Shown piece by piece: positions 49,555 through 60,045 of a DNA stretch of 64,000 nucleotides (positions within the stretch are counted from its first letter, which is position 1; the number at the start of each line of letters is the position of its first letter). The notes beneath the pieces are model-generated. The model ran no database searches. It saw nothing but the letters and a program-made list of their open reading frames with translations, and was not told the DNA's origin. Location: contig CAJUMD010000005.1 in the NCBI GenBank assembly GCA_910587275.1, positions 2,868 through 66,867 of the forward strand, read 5' to 3'. The translations under genes and the position numbers were made by a program. Source of the DNA: an uncultured Kineothrix sp. (lineage in GTDB: Bacteria > Bacillota > Clostridia > Lachnospirales > Lachnospiraceae).

Positions 49555-51261
49555 ATGTCAACAAAAGCGTATTACCCGATTAACGAAATCGGAGCTGGAA
49601 AGGTTGGTTTTTCCAAGACAAGATCCATCATCGAAGCTGCTTTTTACGGAAATAACGTAGTTAAGGTGAATACCTTAAAGGAAGCCTATGAACTGGCTAA
49701 GAATTCACCCGGTACGGTTGTAACGGATATGAAGATTAAAGATGGTGAGACGTTTGGTCTTGAGAAAGATTCCAGGGTTTTGCTGTTCAACGACGGTGCG
49801 GTAACGGGACGTTATGCAGCGGCACGCCGTATCAAAGGCGAGCCTGGCGTGGATGAGACGAAGCTCGACAAGGTAGTGATGGATGCAATCTATGAGACAC
49901 GCTGGAAGACGATGTACCATGCGGAATGCTTCATCGGGCTTGATCCGGAGTTCATGGCAAAAGCACACCTTCTGATTCCCGAAGGAGAAGAAAATATCCT
50001 TTACAACTGGATGCTGAACTTCCAGTATATGTCTGATGAATATGTGAAAATGTACAAAAACTCCAAACCGATTGCGGACGGGAATGAGCCTGATATTTAT
50101 ATCTTCTCTGATCCCCAGTGGGTACCCGGAAACAGACCGGACGTGGATTACAGTTGCTTAAGCGATCCGCTTACGCTGTGCTATTTCGATACCAACCAAA
50201 ACTGTGCGGCAATCCTCGGCATGAGGTATTTCGGCGAACACAAGAAAGGTACGCTGACCATGGCTTGGGCATTGGCAAACAGGAACGGCTATGCTTCCTG
50301 CCACGGCGGACAGAAAGAATATTTACTTCCCGACGGAAAGAAATATGTTGCTTCCGTATATGGTCTGTCAGGCTCCGGTAAGTCCACCCTGACCCATGCA
50401 AAACATGGCGGAAAATACGAAATCAAGGTTCTCCATGACGATGCGTTCATCATCAACACGGATACCTGTGCATCCATCGCATTGGAGCCTACCTACTTTG
50501 ACAAGACGGCGGATTACCCGACCGGATGCGCGGACAATGAATACCTGTTATCCGCACAGAACTGCTCCTGCACGCTTGACAGCGAAGGCAAGCTCCAGTT
50601 GGTAACGGAAGATATCAGGAACGGTAACGGACGTGCCATCAAATCCAAACTGTGGTCCCCGAACCGCGTGGATAAGATTGACGCTCCCGTAAATGCAATT
50701 TTCTGGATTATGAAAGACCCTACCATTCCTCCGGTAGTAAAACTGAAAGGTGCAGCTTTGGCTTCCGTTATGGGCGCTACGCTGGCTACCAAGACTTCCA
50801 CGGCAGAACGTGTGGCGGCAGGAACGGATTTGAACGCACTGCGTATCGTTCCTTATGCAAACCCGTTCAGGACCTATCCGTTAGTGAACGACTATGAGAA
50901 GTTCAAGAAACTGGTGGAGGAGAAGAACGTAGACTGCTACATCGTTAATACCGGCGACTTCATGGGAACAAAGGTTAAACCTGCCGATACGCTTGGCATT
51001 CTTGAGACCATCGTTGAAGGAAAAGCCAAATTCGAGAAATGGGGCAACTTCGAAGATATCGAGATTATGAACGAGTGGGAAGGCAAGACAGCAGATTTCA
51101 CTCCTGATTTGGGCAACGCGGAATATGTGGCTGCGCTTAAGAACGCAATGCAGAACCGTGTAGACGCAGTGGAAGGCTTTGCGGAGAAGAAGGAAGGTTA
51201 TGACAAACTTCCTGATGAAGCACTTGCAGCAGTTCAGAAACTGGTGGATGCCCTGAACTAA
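49555..51261 (+). CDS. pckA: Phosphoenolpyruvate carboxykinase (ATP-type, divergent Firmicute clade)
   Basis: GMRYFGEHKKG, kinase-1a GLSGSGKST, LHDD, NGR; highly biased codons; AAGGAGG RBS. Confidence 0.87.
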   Translation: MSTKAYYPINEIGAGKVGFSKTRSIIEAAFYGNNVVKVNTLKEAYELAKNSPGTVVTDMKIKDGETFGLEKDSRVLLFNDGAVTGRYAAARRIKGEPGVDETKLDKVVMDAIYETRWKTMYHAECFIGLDPEFMAKAHLLIPEGEENILYNWMLNFQYMSDEYVKMYKNSKPIADGNEPDIYIFSDPQWVPGNRPDVDYSCLSDPLTLCYFDTNQNCAAILGMRYFGEHKKGTLTMAWALANRNGYASCHGGQKEYLLPDGKKYVASVYGLSGSGKSTLTHAKHGGKYEIKVLHDDAFIINTDTCASIALEPTYFDKTADYPTGCADNEYLLSAQNCSCTLDSEGKLQLVTEDIRNGNGRAIKSKLWSPNRVDKIDAPVNAIFWIMKDPTIPPVVKLKGAALASVMGATLATKTSTAERVAAGTDLNALRIVPYANPFRTYPLVNDYEKFKKLVEEKNVDCYIVNTGDFMGTKVKPADTLGILETIVEGKAKFEKWGNFEDIEIMNEWEGKTADFTPDLGNAEYVAALKNAMQNRVDAVEGFAEKKEGYDKLPDEALAAVQKLVDALN

Positions 51262-51298
51262 AGGTTACGGACCGAAGGGTATAGATAAATTTAAGACG

Positions 51299-51356
51299 AA
51301 GATACCATTTGCAGCCGGAAGGGGCAGTACCGGAAGGCTGCGGATGGTATTTTTTT
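51299..51356 (+). terminator. Intrinsic terminator
   Basis: GATACCATTTGCAGCC...GGCTGCGGATGGTATTTTTTT. Confidence 0.75.
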
Positions 51357-51426
51357 CCTTACGGAAAACCGCATGGTATGGAAAACAGGTAAAATGGAAG
51401 TAAAGTGGAATAAAAACGGAGTGGAA

Positions 51427-52194
51427 ATGGAAGAAAAGAAGGAACGCCTAAATAAATATCTCGCCGCCTGCGGTATTTGTTCCAGAAGGGATGCGGACAG
51501 ACTAATCGGAGAAGGACGTGTTACCGTGAACGGGATACCTGCAGCTATGGGGACGAAAGTAAGCGGCAGGGAGGAAATCGCCGTCAACGGGAAAGCGGTG
51601 GGGGGAAAAAATGAAAAAGTGGTGCTTGCCTATTACAAACCGCCGGGCGTGGTCTGTACGGAAAGGGACAGGTATGCGGAGCGGAAAATCAGCGACGAAT
51701 TGAAGTACCCTGTCCGGCTGACCTATGCGGGGCGGCTGGATAAGGATTCGGAAGGTCTCCTGATGATGACGAACGACGGGGCATTGATTGATTCCATGAT
51801 GCGCGGGGCAAACCGTCACGAGAAGGAATATGTGGTAAAAGTGGATAAGGAAGTGACGGAGGACTTTATCCGGGGGATGGCGGACGGTGTTTATTTAAAG
51901 GAATTGGATATTACCACAAGGAAATGTGAAGTAAAGAAAAACGGGAAATTCACCTTCCGCATTATTTTAACCCAGGGGGTCAACCGGCAGATACGCCGGA
52001 TGGTGGAACATTTCGGGTACCGTGTCAGGGCATTAAAAAGGGTGCGTGTGATGAACATCAATTTGGTGAATTTAAAACCGGGGGAATACCGGATGGTGGA
52101 AGGGGAAGAATTAAGGCAGTTATACCGTCAGTCTGGAATGGGCAGTTTGGAAGGCGGAAGCGGGCAAGGCAGGACGGTTCAAAATAGGAAATAA
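51427..52194 (+). CDS. RsuA/RluB/RluF-family pseudouridine synthase
   Basis: RLNKYLA..G..SRR (S4), GRLDKDSEGL, QG.NRQIRRM. Confidence 0.93.
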   Translation: MEEKKERLNKYLAACGICSRRDADRLIGEGRVTVNGIPAAMGTKVSGREEIAVNGKAVGGKNEKVVLAYYKPPGVVCTERDRYAERKISDELKYPVRLTYAGRLDKDSEGLLMMTNDGALIDSMMRGANRHEKEYVVKVDKEVTEDFIRGMADGVYLKELDITTRKCEVKKNGKFTFRIILTQGVNRQIRRMVEHFGYRVRALKRVRVMNINLVNLKPGEYRMVEGEELRQLYRQSGMGSLEGGSGQGRTVQNRK

Positions 52195-52214
52195 AGGAAG
52201 CGGGAAAACGGGAA

Positions 52215-54209
52215 ATGGGAAATAAAAACAGTCAGGACGGGAAGATAGAGCGCATTAAGGAATTAACGGAACTGTTAAACCGTGCATCCAAGGCATATTA
52301 TGCCGAGGACAGGGAAATCATGGGTAATTTCGAATACGATAAACTATATGAAGAACTGGAAGCGCTGGAGAAAGCAACCGGGATGGTGCTGTCGGACAGC
52401 CCTACCGTAAAAGTAGGGTACGAGGCGGTGGAGGAACTGCCAAAGGAACGGCATGAGAGGGCAATGCTGTCCCTGGGAAAAACAAAGAGCAGAGAGGAAT
52501 TGCAGGATTGGCTGCAGGACGAACCGGCACTTTTAAGCTGGAAACTGGACGGATTAACCATTGTCCTGACTTATTTTGAAGGAAAACTTGCAAAAGCGGT
52601 GACGAGGGGAAACGGGGAAGTAGGGGAAGTGGTGACAAACAATGCGAAAACGTTCCGCAACATTCCTCTTTCCATTCCCTATCAGGGGGAATTGGTTTTA
52701 CGCGGGGAGGCGGTCATCACATATTCCGATTTTGGGAAAATCAATGCCGGAATCGAAGATGTGGAGACGCGTTATAAAAACCCAAGGAATCTTTGCAGCG
52801 GTTCGGTCCGGCAGTTGAACAACGCAATCACTGCAAACAGGAATGTAAAATTCTATGCTTTTTCGCTGGTAAAGGCGGAGGGTGTGGATTTCCACGATAA
52901 GAGGGAAGAACAGTTCCGTTTCCTGCAGGAGCAGGGATTTGAAACGGTGGAATACCGGAAGGTGGATAAGGATACGGTTATCGGCGCCGTAGAAGATTTT
53001 GAGCGCAGGGTGGAGCAGTATGACATTCCTTCCGACGGGCTGGTGCTTGTCTTTGACCGTATCTCCTATGGCCAGTCTTTGGGGGCAACGGCAAAGTTTC
53101 CAAGGGATTCCATCGCCTTTAAATGGGCGGACGAGGTACGGGAAACCGTGTTAAAGGAAATCGAGTGGAGTCCCAGCCGTACAGGACTCATTAACCCGGT
53201 GGCAATTTTTGAACCGGTGGAGTTGGAGGGGACCACGGTCAGCCGTGCATCCGTGCATAACATCAGCATCCTAAAGGGGTTAAAGCTGGGAATCGGCGAC
53301 CGGATTACGGTGTATAAGGCGAACATGATTATTCCCCAGATTGCGGAGAACCTGACGGAAAGCGGCAGCGTGGAAATCCCGGATACCTGTCCGGTATGCG
53401 GGGGCGCGACGGAGGTTCGCCAAGTGAATGAGGTACAGTCCCTGTACTGTACCAATCCCGCCTGTGAAGCAAAAAAAATTAAATCCTTTACGCTTTTTGT
53501 CAGCCGGGATGCCATGAATATCGACGGGCTGTCGGAAGCGACGCTGGAAAAATTTATTGCCAAAGGTTACATCCGCGAGTATGCGGATATGTTCCATTTG
53601 GAGCGTTACAAGGATGAAATTACACAGATGGAGGGTTTCGGCGAAAAATCCTATACGAATCTGGTAAACAGTATTGAAGCGGCGCGGTCCACTACCCTCC
53701 CGCGGTTGGTTTACGGTCTTGGCATTGAAAACATCGGGCTTGCCAACGCGAAAATGATATGCCGGCATTTCCGCAATGATTTGCCGGCGATGATGGCGGC
53801 GGACGTGGAGGAACTGGGGCTGATTGATGGTGTGGGGGAAGTGATTGCCACCGGGTTTTGCGAGTATTTTAAGGACGGGGGGAACCGCGAACGGCTGCAG
53901 AATCTTCTGGCGGAGGTTACGGTGGAACAGGAAGACTTTGCGGAAGCCGGCGGAAGTCTGTCGGGTATGTCGTTTGTGGTGACGGGAAGCCTGAACCATT
54001 TTGCCAGCCGGAAAGAATTGAAGGATGCTATTGAAAGAAAAGGCGGAAAGGTGACAGGCAGCGTGACTTCCAAAACAGTCTGTCTGATTAACAACGACAG
54101 CGCATCTGCTTCCTCAAAGAATAAAAAAGCGAAGGAACTGGAGGTTCCGATTCTGACCGAGGAACAGTTTATGGAACAGTACTTAGGAGGAGAAAACGAT
54201 GCCGATTAA
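52215..54209 (+). CDS. ligA: NAD-dependent DNA ligase
   Basis: [17 protein letters not shown], Zn finger CPVC, C-terminal BRCT. Confidence 0.96.
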   Translation: MGNKNSQDGKIERIKELTELLNRASKAYYAEDREIMGNFEYDKLYEELEALEKATGMVLSDSPTVKVGYEAVEELPKERHERAMLSLGKTKSREELQDWLQDEPALLSWKLDGLTIVLTYFEGKLAKAVTRGNGEVGEVVTNNAKTFRNIPLSIPYQGELVLRGEAVITYSDFGKINAGIEDVETRYKNPRNLCSGSVRQLNNAITANRNVKFYAFSLVKAEGVDFHDKREEQFRFLQEQGFETVEYRKVDKDTVIGAVEDFERRVEQYDIPSDGLVLVFDRISYGQSLGATAKFPRDSIAFKWADEVRETVLKEIEWSPSRTGLINPVAIFEPVELEGTTVSRASVHNISILKGLKLGIGDRITVYKANMIIPQIAENLTESGSVEIPDTCPVCGGATEVRQVNEVQSLYCTNPACEAKKIKSFTLFVSRDAMNIDGLSEATLEKFIAKGYIREYADMFHLERYKDEITQMEGFGEKSYTNLVNSIEAARSTTLPRLVYGLGIENIGLANAKMICRHFRNDLPAMMAADVEELGLIDGVGEVIATGFCEYFKDGGNRERLQNLLAEVTVEQEDFAEAGGSLSGMSFVVTGSLNHFASRKELKDAIERKGGKVTGSVTSKTVCLINNDSASASSKNKKAKELEVPILTEEQFMEQYLGGENDAD

Positions 54210-55107
54210 AACACAGAACGATTTACCTGCGAAAAGTATACTGGAAAATGAAAATATATTCGTCATGGATGAAAACCGTGCACTCCACCAGGATATCCGC
54301 CCTCTGCAGATATGCATCCTGAACCTGATGCCCGTGAAGCAGGATACGGAGCTGCAGCTTCTGCGGGCGATGTCCAACACGCCGCTGCAGGTGGACGTGA
54401 CGTTCATGAAGATGAACAGCCACCGTTCCCTGAATACATCCATGAACCATTTGAATAAATTTTACAATACGTTTGACGAGTTAAAGGGCAGGAAGTATGA
54501 CGGACTGATGATTACCGGCGCGCCGGTGGAGCAGATTCCTTTTGAGGAAGTGGATTATTGGGAGGAACTTTGTGAAATCATGAAATGGTCCAAACAGAAC
54601 GTAACGTCCACCCTTCACATCTGCTGGGGGGCGCAGGCGGGACTGTATTACCATTTCGGACTGGATAAAGTACTTTTACCGAAGAAAGTTTTTGGCGTGT
54701 ACGAGCATCGGGTGATGAACCGGAAGATACCGTTGGTCAGGGGATTCGACGATGATTTTCTGATTCCCCACAGCCGTCATACTGCCGTTTTGCCGCATGA
54801 CATCCACGGATGCAAGGAACTTACGGTATTGGCGGAGTCCGAGGAGGCAGGCGTGCTGTTATGCATGGCGGGAGAGGGCAGGCAGATTTTTGTCATGGGG
54901 CATCCCGAATATGACCGGATGACGCTGCACAACGAGTATGTGCGGGATAAGGAAAAGGGACTGGATATTGAGGTGCCGAAAAACTATTATCCTGGCGATG
55001 ACCCGACCCGGCGCCCGAAGCTCCAGTGGCGTTCCCATAGCAATAACCTGTATACGAACTGGCTGAATTACTATGTGTACCAGACGACGGACTATGAGCT
55101 CGGGTAA
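54199..55107 (+). CDS. metA: Homoserine O-acyltransferase (MetA family)
   Basis: HQDIRPL, LNLMP, TGAPVE, ICWGAQA, PHSRH, GHPEY. Confidence 0.95.
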   Translation: MPIKTQNDLPAKSILENENIFVMDENRALHQDIRPLQICILNLMPVKQDTELQLLRAMSNTPLQVDVTFMKMNSHRSLNTSMNHLNKFYNTFDELKGRKYDGLMITGAPVEQIPFEEVDYWEELCEIMKWSKQNVTSTLHICWGAQAGLYYHFGLDKVLLPKKVFGVYEHRVMNRKIPLVRGFDDDFLIPHSRHTAVLPHDIHGCKELTVLAESEEAGVLLCMAGEGRQIFVMGHPEYDRMTLHNEYVRDKEKGLDIEVPKNYYPGDDPTRRPKLQWRSHSNNLYTNWLNYYVYQTTDYELG

Positions 55108-55113
55108 AAGAAA

Positions 55114-55147
55114 GGAATCCGTGTAAACAGGTGTTTACACGGATTCC
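55114..55147. terminator. Perfect 16-bp inverted repeat between convergent genes
   Basis: GGAATCCGTGTAAACA-GG-TGTTTACACGGATTCC. Confidence 0.75.
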
Positions 55148-55196
55148 CGTAAATGTTTCCCGTATGATGCCGAAAGGAAGCCGCAATCGTCATTGC

Positions 55197-55937
55197 TCAC
55201 TGCTTCATCTTACACAACACATATCCCACCTTTATCCACCGTTTCATTTCCTGCGGGTTACTGTTGTTGACGAAGAAGGGCTGTCCGAAACCGTTAATCG
55301 GTTCCAGCACGCAGGGTTCCGCCTGGTGGAATTTGCGGATATAGGCGCATCCGTCGTCCTTGTTGATGAAAATTCCCGTATCCCCGTCGCGGATGGGGTT
55401 TTGCGAAACCAGGATGATATCCCCTTTGTTGTATGCCGGATGCAGGTGGCTGGAAGTAATCTTGATGCCGAAATGCAGGTCGCTGCCGAACCTTTTGCGG
55501 TAAACTGCGGCGTTGACTTTGATGATATTGGCGGAATCGTAAATCATTCCGTCCTGCATATTCCCCGTAGGGACGACAACGGAAATATAATCATCGGGGG
55601 TATCCTGCTGTACCAGGAATTCGTATTCAATGTCAATGACGGCAGAAACAAAACGGAGCTGACTTTCGGTCAGGTATTTCATTTTGAAGACCGTTTCCGC
55701 CGCCTGTACGGGATGTTCAATAAGTTCAAAAAGCCATTTTCCGCAAAGCTGGTACATGAGGAGGACGGTATAGGAATCAATTCTGGTGGTTTCGCCCGAA
55801 ATCATTTTTTTGTATCCGGAAAGGGACATTTCCAGTTTTTTGGCCATTTCTGCCTGTGTAAAGCCGAGACGCATCCTTTCGCGTTCCACGTTTAAAGAAA
55901 AATTTTTTGCTAATTCCTGTTTTGTCAATCTGACCAC
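55197..55937 (-). CDS. XRE-family HTH regulator with a C-terminal S24 (LexA/CI)-like domain
   Basis: RMRLGFTQAEMAKKLEMS HTH; P.YNKGDIILV...GD..IF...LEPIN. TTG at 55928 is an alternative start. Confidence 0.82.
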   Translation of the reverse strand: MVRLTKQELAKNFSLNVERERMRLGFTQAEMAKKLEMSLSGYKKMISGETTRIDSYTVLLMYQLCGKWLFELIEHPVQAAETVFKMKYLTESQLRFVSAVIDIEYEFLVQQDTPDDYISVVVPTGNMQDGMIYDSANIIKVNAAVYRKRFGSDLHFGIKITSSHLHPAYNKGDIILVSQNPIRDGDTGIFINKDDGCAYIRKFHQAEPCVLEPINGFGQPFFVNNSNPQEMKRWIKVGYVLCKMKQ

Positions 55938-56559
55938 CTCACTTGTTGGCTACTTTCAGGTACTTTTCCATTCCCCCTTTTTTTTATCCCATGTAGTATC
56001 TGTACCGCAAAGTGTGAATCAGATATTGTATAATAAATTTGAGGGTTAGAAGAAGTACTTGGAAGAAAGCATGGTATAAATACTTAAGGTTAAGAATATT
56101 ATAGAATAAATCACGGAATTTTACAATAATTTTGTGAAGGATGAAGGAACAGAGTTTGCCGTACGTTCTTGTTCACGCCCAAGCCGGCTTCGAGGTGTTT
56201 TCATTCCGGAAGATGCAGCGTGTGCATCGCGAAGCGTGTTACGGGATACGGCAGCGAACGAATCAAAGAATATGTAGTATGCCGCAGGACAATTATCCAT
56301 GGTATGTGCACCGGTTGGCACATCTGAGGGGATGTATTTAATAATAACAGGAAAGTTTTTGAACATAAGCATGCGGCCGGGGCTGCCGTGGGATAGATGT
56401 GTTGCGTCATTACATAACATATTATGCTAAAACATATTGTCAAATTCAGAGGAAAGTGTGTAATCTGCATTAGGGGTAATGCGGAGGGCATGCTTTTTTC
56501 TTGTTTCATACATACGTCTGCCGGAAGGAAAAAGGACGGCGTAAAATATTTTTAATTCA

Positions 56560-56611
56560 TTGAAGATTATTTTTGAAGATTTTTCTTGAAGATTATTCTT
56601 GAAGATTTTTC
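56560..56611 (+). repeat. Four tandem 13-bp repeats TTGAAGATT(A/T)TT(T/C)
   Basis: Units start at 56560, 56573, 56586 and 56599. Confidence 0.9.
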
Positions 56612-56628
56612 TTTACGGCACTCGTTAT
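56600..56628 (+). promoter_or_regulatory. Putative ECF-sigma autoregulatory promoter
   Basis: TGAAGA-N17-CGTTAT, similar to SigW/SigV/SigM-type TGAAAC...CGT. Confidence 0.5.
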
Positions 56629-56672
56629 AATAAGTGTAGGAAGAAAAAGAAAGGGGTGAGGGTGTTTATCAT

Positions 56673-57206
56673 ATGAGTGCGGTACAGGATGGGAGCAGGA
56701 CAAAAGAAGAACGGTTGTCAGCGATGATTGACACCTATCAGGGCCTTATCTTTTCGGTATGCTACAAAGTGGTGGGCGATTATTTTGCCGCGGAAGACCT
56801 GACACAGGAAACTTTTTTATCCGCTTTTAAAAATCTGGATACCTTCGAAGGAACGAATGAAAAAGCATGGCTGTGTCGGATTGCCACCAATAAGGGCATC
56901 GATTACCTGCGCGGCTCCGGCAGGCGGGCGGTACCCACGGAGGATGTGTTTTTTGAGCAGCAGACGGAAAAACGCGGTTCACCGGAGGAAATCTGTCTGG
57001 AGGAGGAAGTAAGGGAGCGGCTGTTAAGCTACTGCGGCAGACTGCGGCCGCCTTATAATGAGATTGCAAAAGCCGTTTACTATGAGGAGAAGAAAGCGGA
57101 TGAAATTGCAAGGGAGCGCGGGGAAAACGTTAAAACCGTGCAGACACAGATTTACAGGGCAAGGGACATGCTGAGGAAGCTGTATGGAAAGGAGAGGAGC
57201 GCATGA
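56673..57206 (+). CDS. ECF RNA polymerase sigma factor
   Basis: AEDLTQETF, AWLCRIATN...DYLR, EIA......VKTVQTQIYRAR. Confidence 0.93.
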   Translation: MSAVQDGSRTKEERLSAMIDTYQGLIFSVCYKVVGDYFAAEDLTQETFLSAFKNLDTFEGTNEKAWLCRIATNKGIDYLRGSGRRAVPTEDVFFEQQTEKRGSPEEICLEEEVRERLLSYCGRLRPPYNEIAKAVYYEEKKADEIARERGENVKTVQTQIYRARDMLRKLYGKERSA

Positions 57207-57733
57207 GGGAAGAAGGACGCGGGAACGGAACATACCGTTACCTGACGGATGACGAACTGGAAGCGTTGATTGCGGAAGTGGAAGACCATGGAATGCTTGC
57301 TCCACCGGCGTATTTGAAGGACCTGATTATGGAAGAAGCGGCAAAGCCCGTAAAGTCCGCAGCACCTGCAGGAAATATAAGGAAAAAGAAAATTGACCAA
57401 AAGGCGGCAAAGATACAGCTTGCAGTTTACAGCCTGAAAATTGTGGGCGCGGCGGCAGCCGCAATATACTGCCTGACCATGGTTCCCATGGACGTGGGAA
57501 GGAATACGGGGGATGCGGGAAACCGGAAAATGGAAAAGGAAATAGAGGAAGACGTGGCACGTTACAGGGAAGAAAGCGAACGGATTCTTAAGGAACCGGT
57601 GGTGCAGGAGGACAGCATCGGCAGCTTTTTCGGGAATGTGTTTGGCATGTTCGGGAACGGAAGGGAGGAAGATGCGTCTTCTTTATGGACTGGTATTACG
57701 GAATGGTTTGGAAACGGAGGAGTGGAAGAATGA
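57203..57733 (+). CDS. Putative membrane anti-sigma factor
   Basis: Overlaps the sigma stop; APPAYLKDLIM cytoplasmic segment followed by one TM helix. Confidence 0.7.
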   Translation: MREEGRGNGTYRYLTDDELEALIAEVEDHGMLAPPAYLKDLIMEEAAKPVKSAAPAGNIRKKKIDQKAAKIQLAVYSLKIVGAAAAAIYCLTMVPMDVGRNTGDAGNRKMEKEIEEDVARYREESERILKEPVVQEDSIGSFFGNVFGMFGNGREEDASSLWTGITEWFGNGGVEE

Positions 57734-58335
57734 ATAGGATGACAAGGAAAAAGAAAAGTGGTTTTTTAACGTTTTGCTTCTCGTTCCTGCCCGGTGCGGG
57801 AGAGATGTATTTGGGATTCATGAAGATGGGAGCCAGTCTGATGGGAATGTTTTTTGCCCTGATTGGCGTGGCGTATGCCCTGAATCTGCCTGTTTTGTTT
57901 TTTGGCATAATCGTGGAATGGTTTTACAGCTTTTTCCACGTGCACAATCTGGCGGGATTGACGGACGAGGAATTTCTTTCCATAGAAGACGGGTTTCTGT
58001 TCCGCCTGGATGCTTTTTTCGGTACGGACGGGAAAGCGGTGGAAAAATACCGGAAAACCATTGCCGTCGTTTTGGTGGTGGTCGGTGTCCTGCTTTTATG
58101 GAACGGTGTAAAGGATGCCTTTTATATTTACCTGCCGGAAGCGGTATGGCGCTTTATTCTCCGCATGGAACGCACCGTTCCGAAAATCGTGACGGGAATC
58201 GTAATCATTGCCGGAGGCTGTTACATGATCCGGGGAAAACGTGAGGAATTGAAAGAGGTCATCGTGGACGTGGAAAGTACGGTACAGGATGTGCCATCGG
58301 AAAGGAGCGGTTATGGAGCAGGGGAAAATCATTAG
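57730..58335 (+). CDS. Membrane protein of the ECF operon
   Basis: FLPGAGEMYLG motif, several TM helices, ATGA overlap with the upstream gene. Confidence 0.78.
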   Translation: MNRMTRKKKSGFLTFCFSFLPGAGEMYLGFMKMGASLMGMFFALIGVAYALNLPVLFFGIIVEWFYSFFHVHNLAGLTDEEFLSIEDGFLFRLDAFFGTDGKAVEKYRKTIAVVLVVVGVLLLWNGVKDAFYIYLPEAVWRFILRMERTVPKIVTGIVIIAGGCYMIRGKREELKEVIVDVESTVQDVPSERSGYGAGENH

Positions 58336-58690
58336 GGTCCACAGGGTTGGGACGGTGACGTTCGGGTGTATTTTAATATTGTTCGGCATATTGTTCCTTG
58401 CACATATTTTCGTGCCGTGGCTGCATTATGAATACGTTTTGCGGCTTTGGCCGCTGGTATTCATCTTCCTCGGCGTGGAGGTACTGGTGGGAAACCACCG
58501 GGTATCAAAAATGAAAGCGGACGCGGCACAATGGAAAGCGGAAGGGGCCGACGGGGAAGGAGGAGGCGGAATCCGGTTTGTTTATGACAAAACGGCAATT
58601 TTCCTGACCATGTGCCTGCTGTTTTTTGCCATGGTGATGGCGGCGGTGGACTTGTGCGTGCGGTGCGAAGGGGGATATTTTTGGTTTTAG
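58313..58690 (+). CDS. Small membrane protein (LiaI/LiaF-TM-like)
   Basis: G.ILILFGILFL...LWPLVFIFLGVEVL; AAGGAG RBS. Confidence 0.75.
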   Translation: MEQGKIIRVHRVGTVTFGCILILFGILFLAHIFVPWLHYEYVLRLWPLVFIFLGVEVLVGNHRVSKMKADAAQWKAEGADGEGGGGIRFVYDKTAIFLTMCLLFFAMVMAAVDLCVRCEGGYFWF

Positions 58691-58798
58691 AGCGTGTTTG
58701 AAAATTGTTTGGGAGCATATGGCGGGGAAGGATGCGGGGGACAGGCACATCTTTTCCGTCCAACCGTATAATAAACCATCATTATGGATGGAGGTATT

Positions 58799-59848
58799 AT
58801 GAAAAATATGCGGAAAAACAATACTTACCGGATGTCCAAAAGAGTCCTCGCTTTTGGACTGTGCCTGCTCTTTCTTTGCGCCTGCCTGACCGGCTGCAAA
58901 ACATCCGGAGACAAAGCGGCAAAAAATTCCGGCGGAAAAACGGAAGTCACCCTGAATGAAGTGGCGCATTCCATTTTTTACGCGCCCATGTATGTTGCCA
59001 TCGAAGAAGGCTATTTTGAGGAAGAAGGCATTGACCTGACCCTGGTTACCGGCTTTGGGGCGGACAAAACCATGACGGCAGTCCTTACCGGTGAGGCGGA
59101 TATCGGTTTCATGGGAAGTGAAAGCACGATTTATACCTACGTAGGCGGTACGCAGGATTATGCGGTGAATTTCGCCCAACTGACCCAGCGCGCCGGTAAT
59201 TTCCTCGTGGCAAGGGAACCGTTGGATGATTTTTCCTGGGATATGTTAAAGGGGAAAGAGGTGCTGGGAGGGCGCGCCGGCGGCATGCCGGAAATGGTGT
59301 TTGAATTTATTTTAAAGAAAAACAACATTGACCCAAAAACCGACCTTACCATCGACCAAAGCATTGATTTCGGCTCCACCGCTGCGGCATTTTCCGGCGG
59401 ACAGGGGGATTTTACCGTGGAATTTGAACCCCATGCCACTTCGCTGGAAGCCAAAGGGGACGGGTATGTGGTGGCTTCCCTGGGGGAAGATTCCGGTTAT
59501 GTGCCTTATACCGCATTCAGCGCGAAGAAAAGTTTTATCGATGCGAACCCGGAACTCATCCAGTCTTTCACCAATGCGCTGCAAAAAGGTATGGACTATG
59601 TGCAGGACCATACGCCCGAAGAAATCGCCAAGGCCATAGCGCCGCAGTTTGAGGAAACGGATTTGGAAACCATTACCGCTATTGTAACGCGTTACCATGC
59701 ACAGGATACCTGGAAAGATAATCTGGTTTTTGGGGAAGATGCCTTCACCCTTTTACAGAATATTTTGGAAGAATCCGGTGAGCTTTCCGAACGGGTTCCC
59801 TATGAAACCCTTGTCACTACAAAATTTGCGGAAAATGCAGCGAAATAA
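58799..59848 (+). CDS. ABC transporter substrate-binding lipoprotein (SsuA/NMT1/THI5-like)
   Basis: Lipobox LTGC, NEVAHSIFYAPMYVA...GYF.EEG; no permease adjacent. Confidence 0.88.
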   Translation: MKNMRKNNTYRMSKRVLAFGLCLLFLCACLTGCKTSGDKAAKNSGGKTEVTLNEVAHSIFYAPMYVAIEEGYFEEEGIDLTLVTGFGADKTMTAVLTGEADIGFMGSESTIYTYVGGTQDYAVNFAQLTQRAGNFLVAREPLDDFSWDMLKGKEVLGGRAGGMPEMVFEFILKKNNIDPKTDLTIDQSIDFGSTAAAFSGGQGDFTVEFEPHATSLEAKGDGYVVASLGEDSGYVPYTAFSAKKSFIDANPELIQSFTNALQKGMDYVQDHTPEEIAKAIAPQFEETDLETITAIVTRYHAQDTWKDNLVFGEDAFTLLQNILEESGELSERVPYETLVTTKFAENAAK

Positions 59849-59884
59849 TTATTTTGCCCGTCACCGGGAAATACGGATAAACGA

Positions 59885-59931
59885 AAACAGGGATTCCGCC
59901 AGGATAATATGCCGGCGCAGTCCCTGTTTCT
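59885..59931 (+). terminator. Putative terminator
   Basis: AAACAGGGAT...GTCCCTGTTT. Confidence 0.55.
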
Positions 59932-59933
59932 AC

Positions 59934-59962
59934 TGGACAAGAAATGACAAAATAGTTATAAT
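59934..59962 (+). promoter_or_regulatory. Sigma-A promoter of the SPFH-pcrA unit
   Basis: TGGACA-N17-TATAAT. Confidence 0.6.
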
Positions 59963-60045
59963 GTGTAAGGATATACATAAACATAAAAAGAAGCAGAAAA
60001 CGCACAGTGCCGTGAACGCGCGGTGCGGACGGAGGGCGGCGGAAC

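Noticed and set aside
55197..56550. Prophage immunity region
   Set aside because: No integrase, Cro-like, replication or structural genes nearby; the flanks are housekeeping genes.
56560..56611. Possible CRISPR array
   Set aside because: The 13-bp units abut with no spacers, and there are no cas genes.
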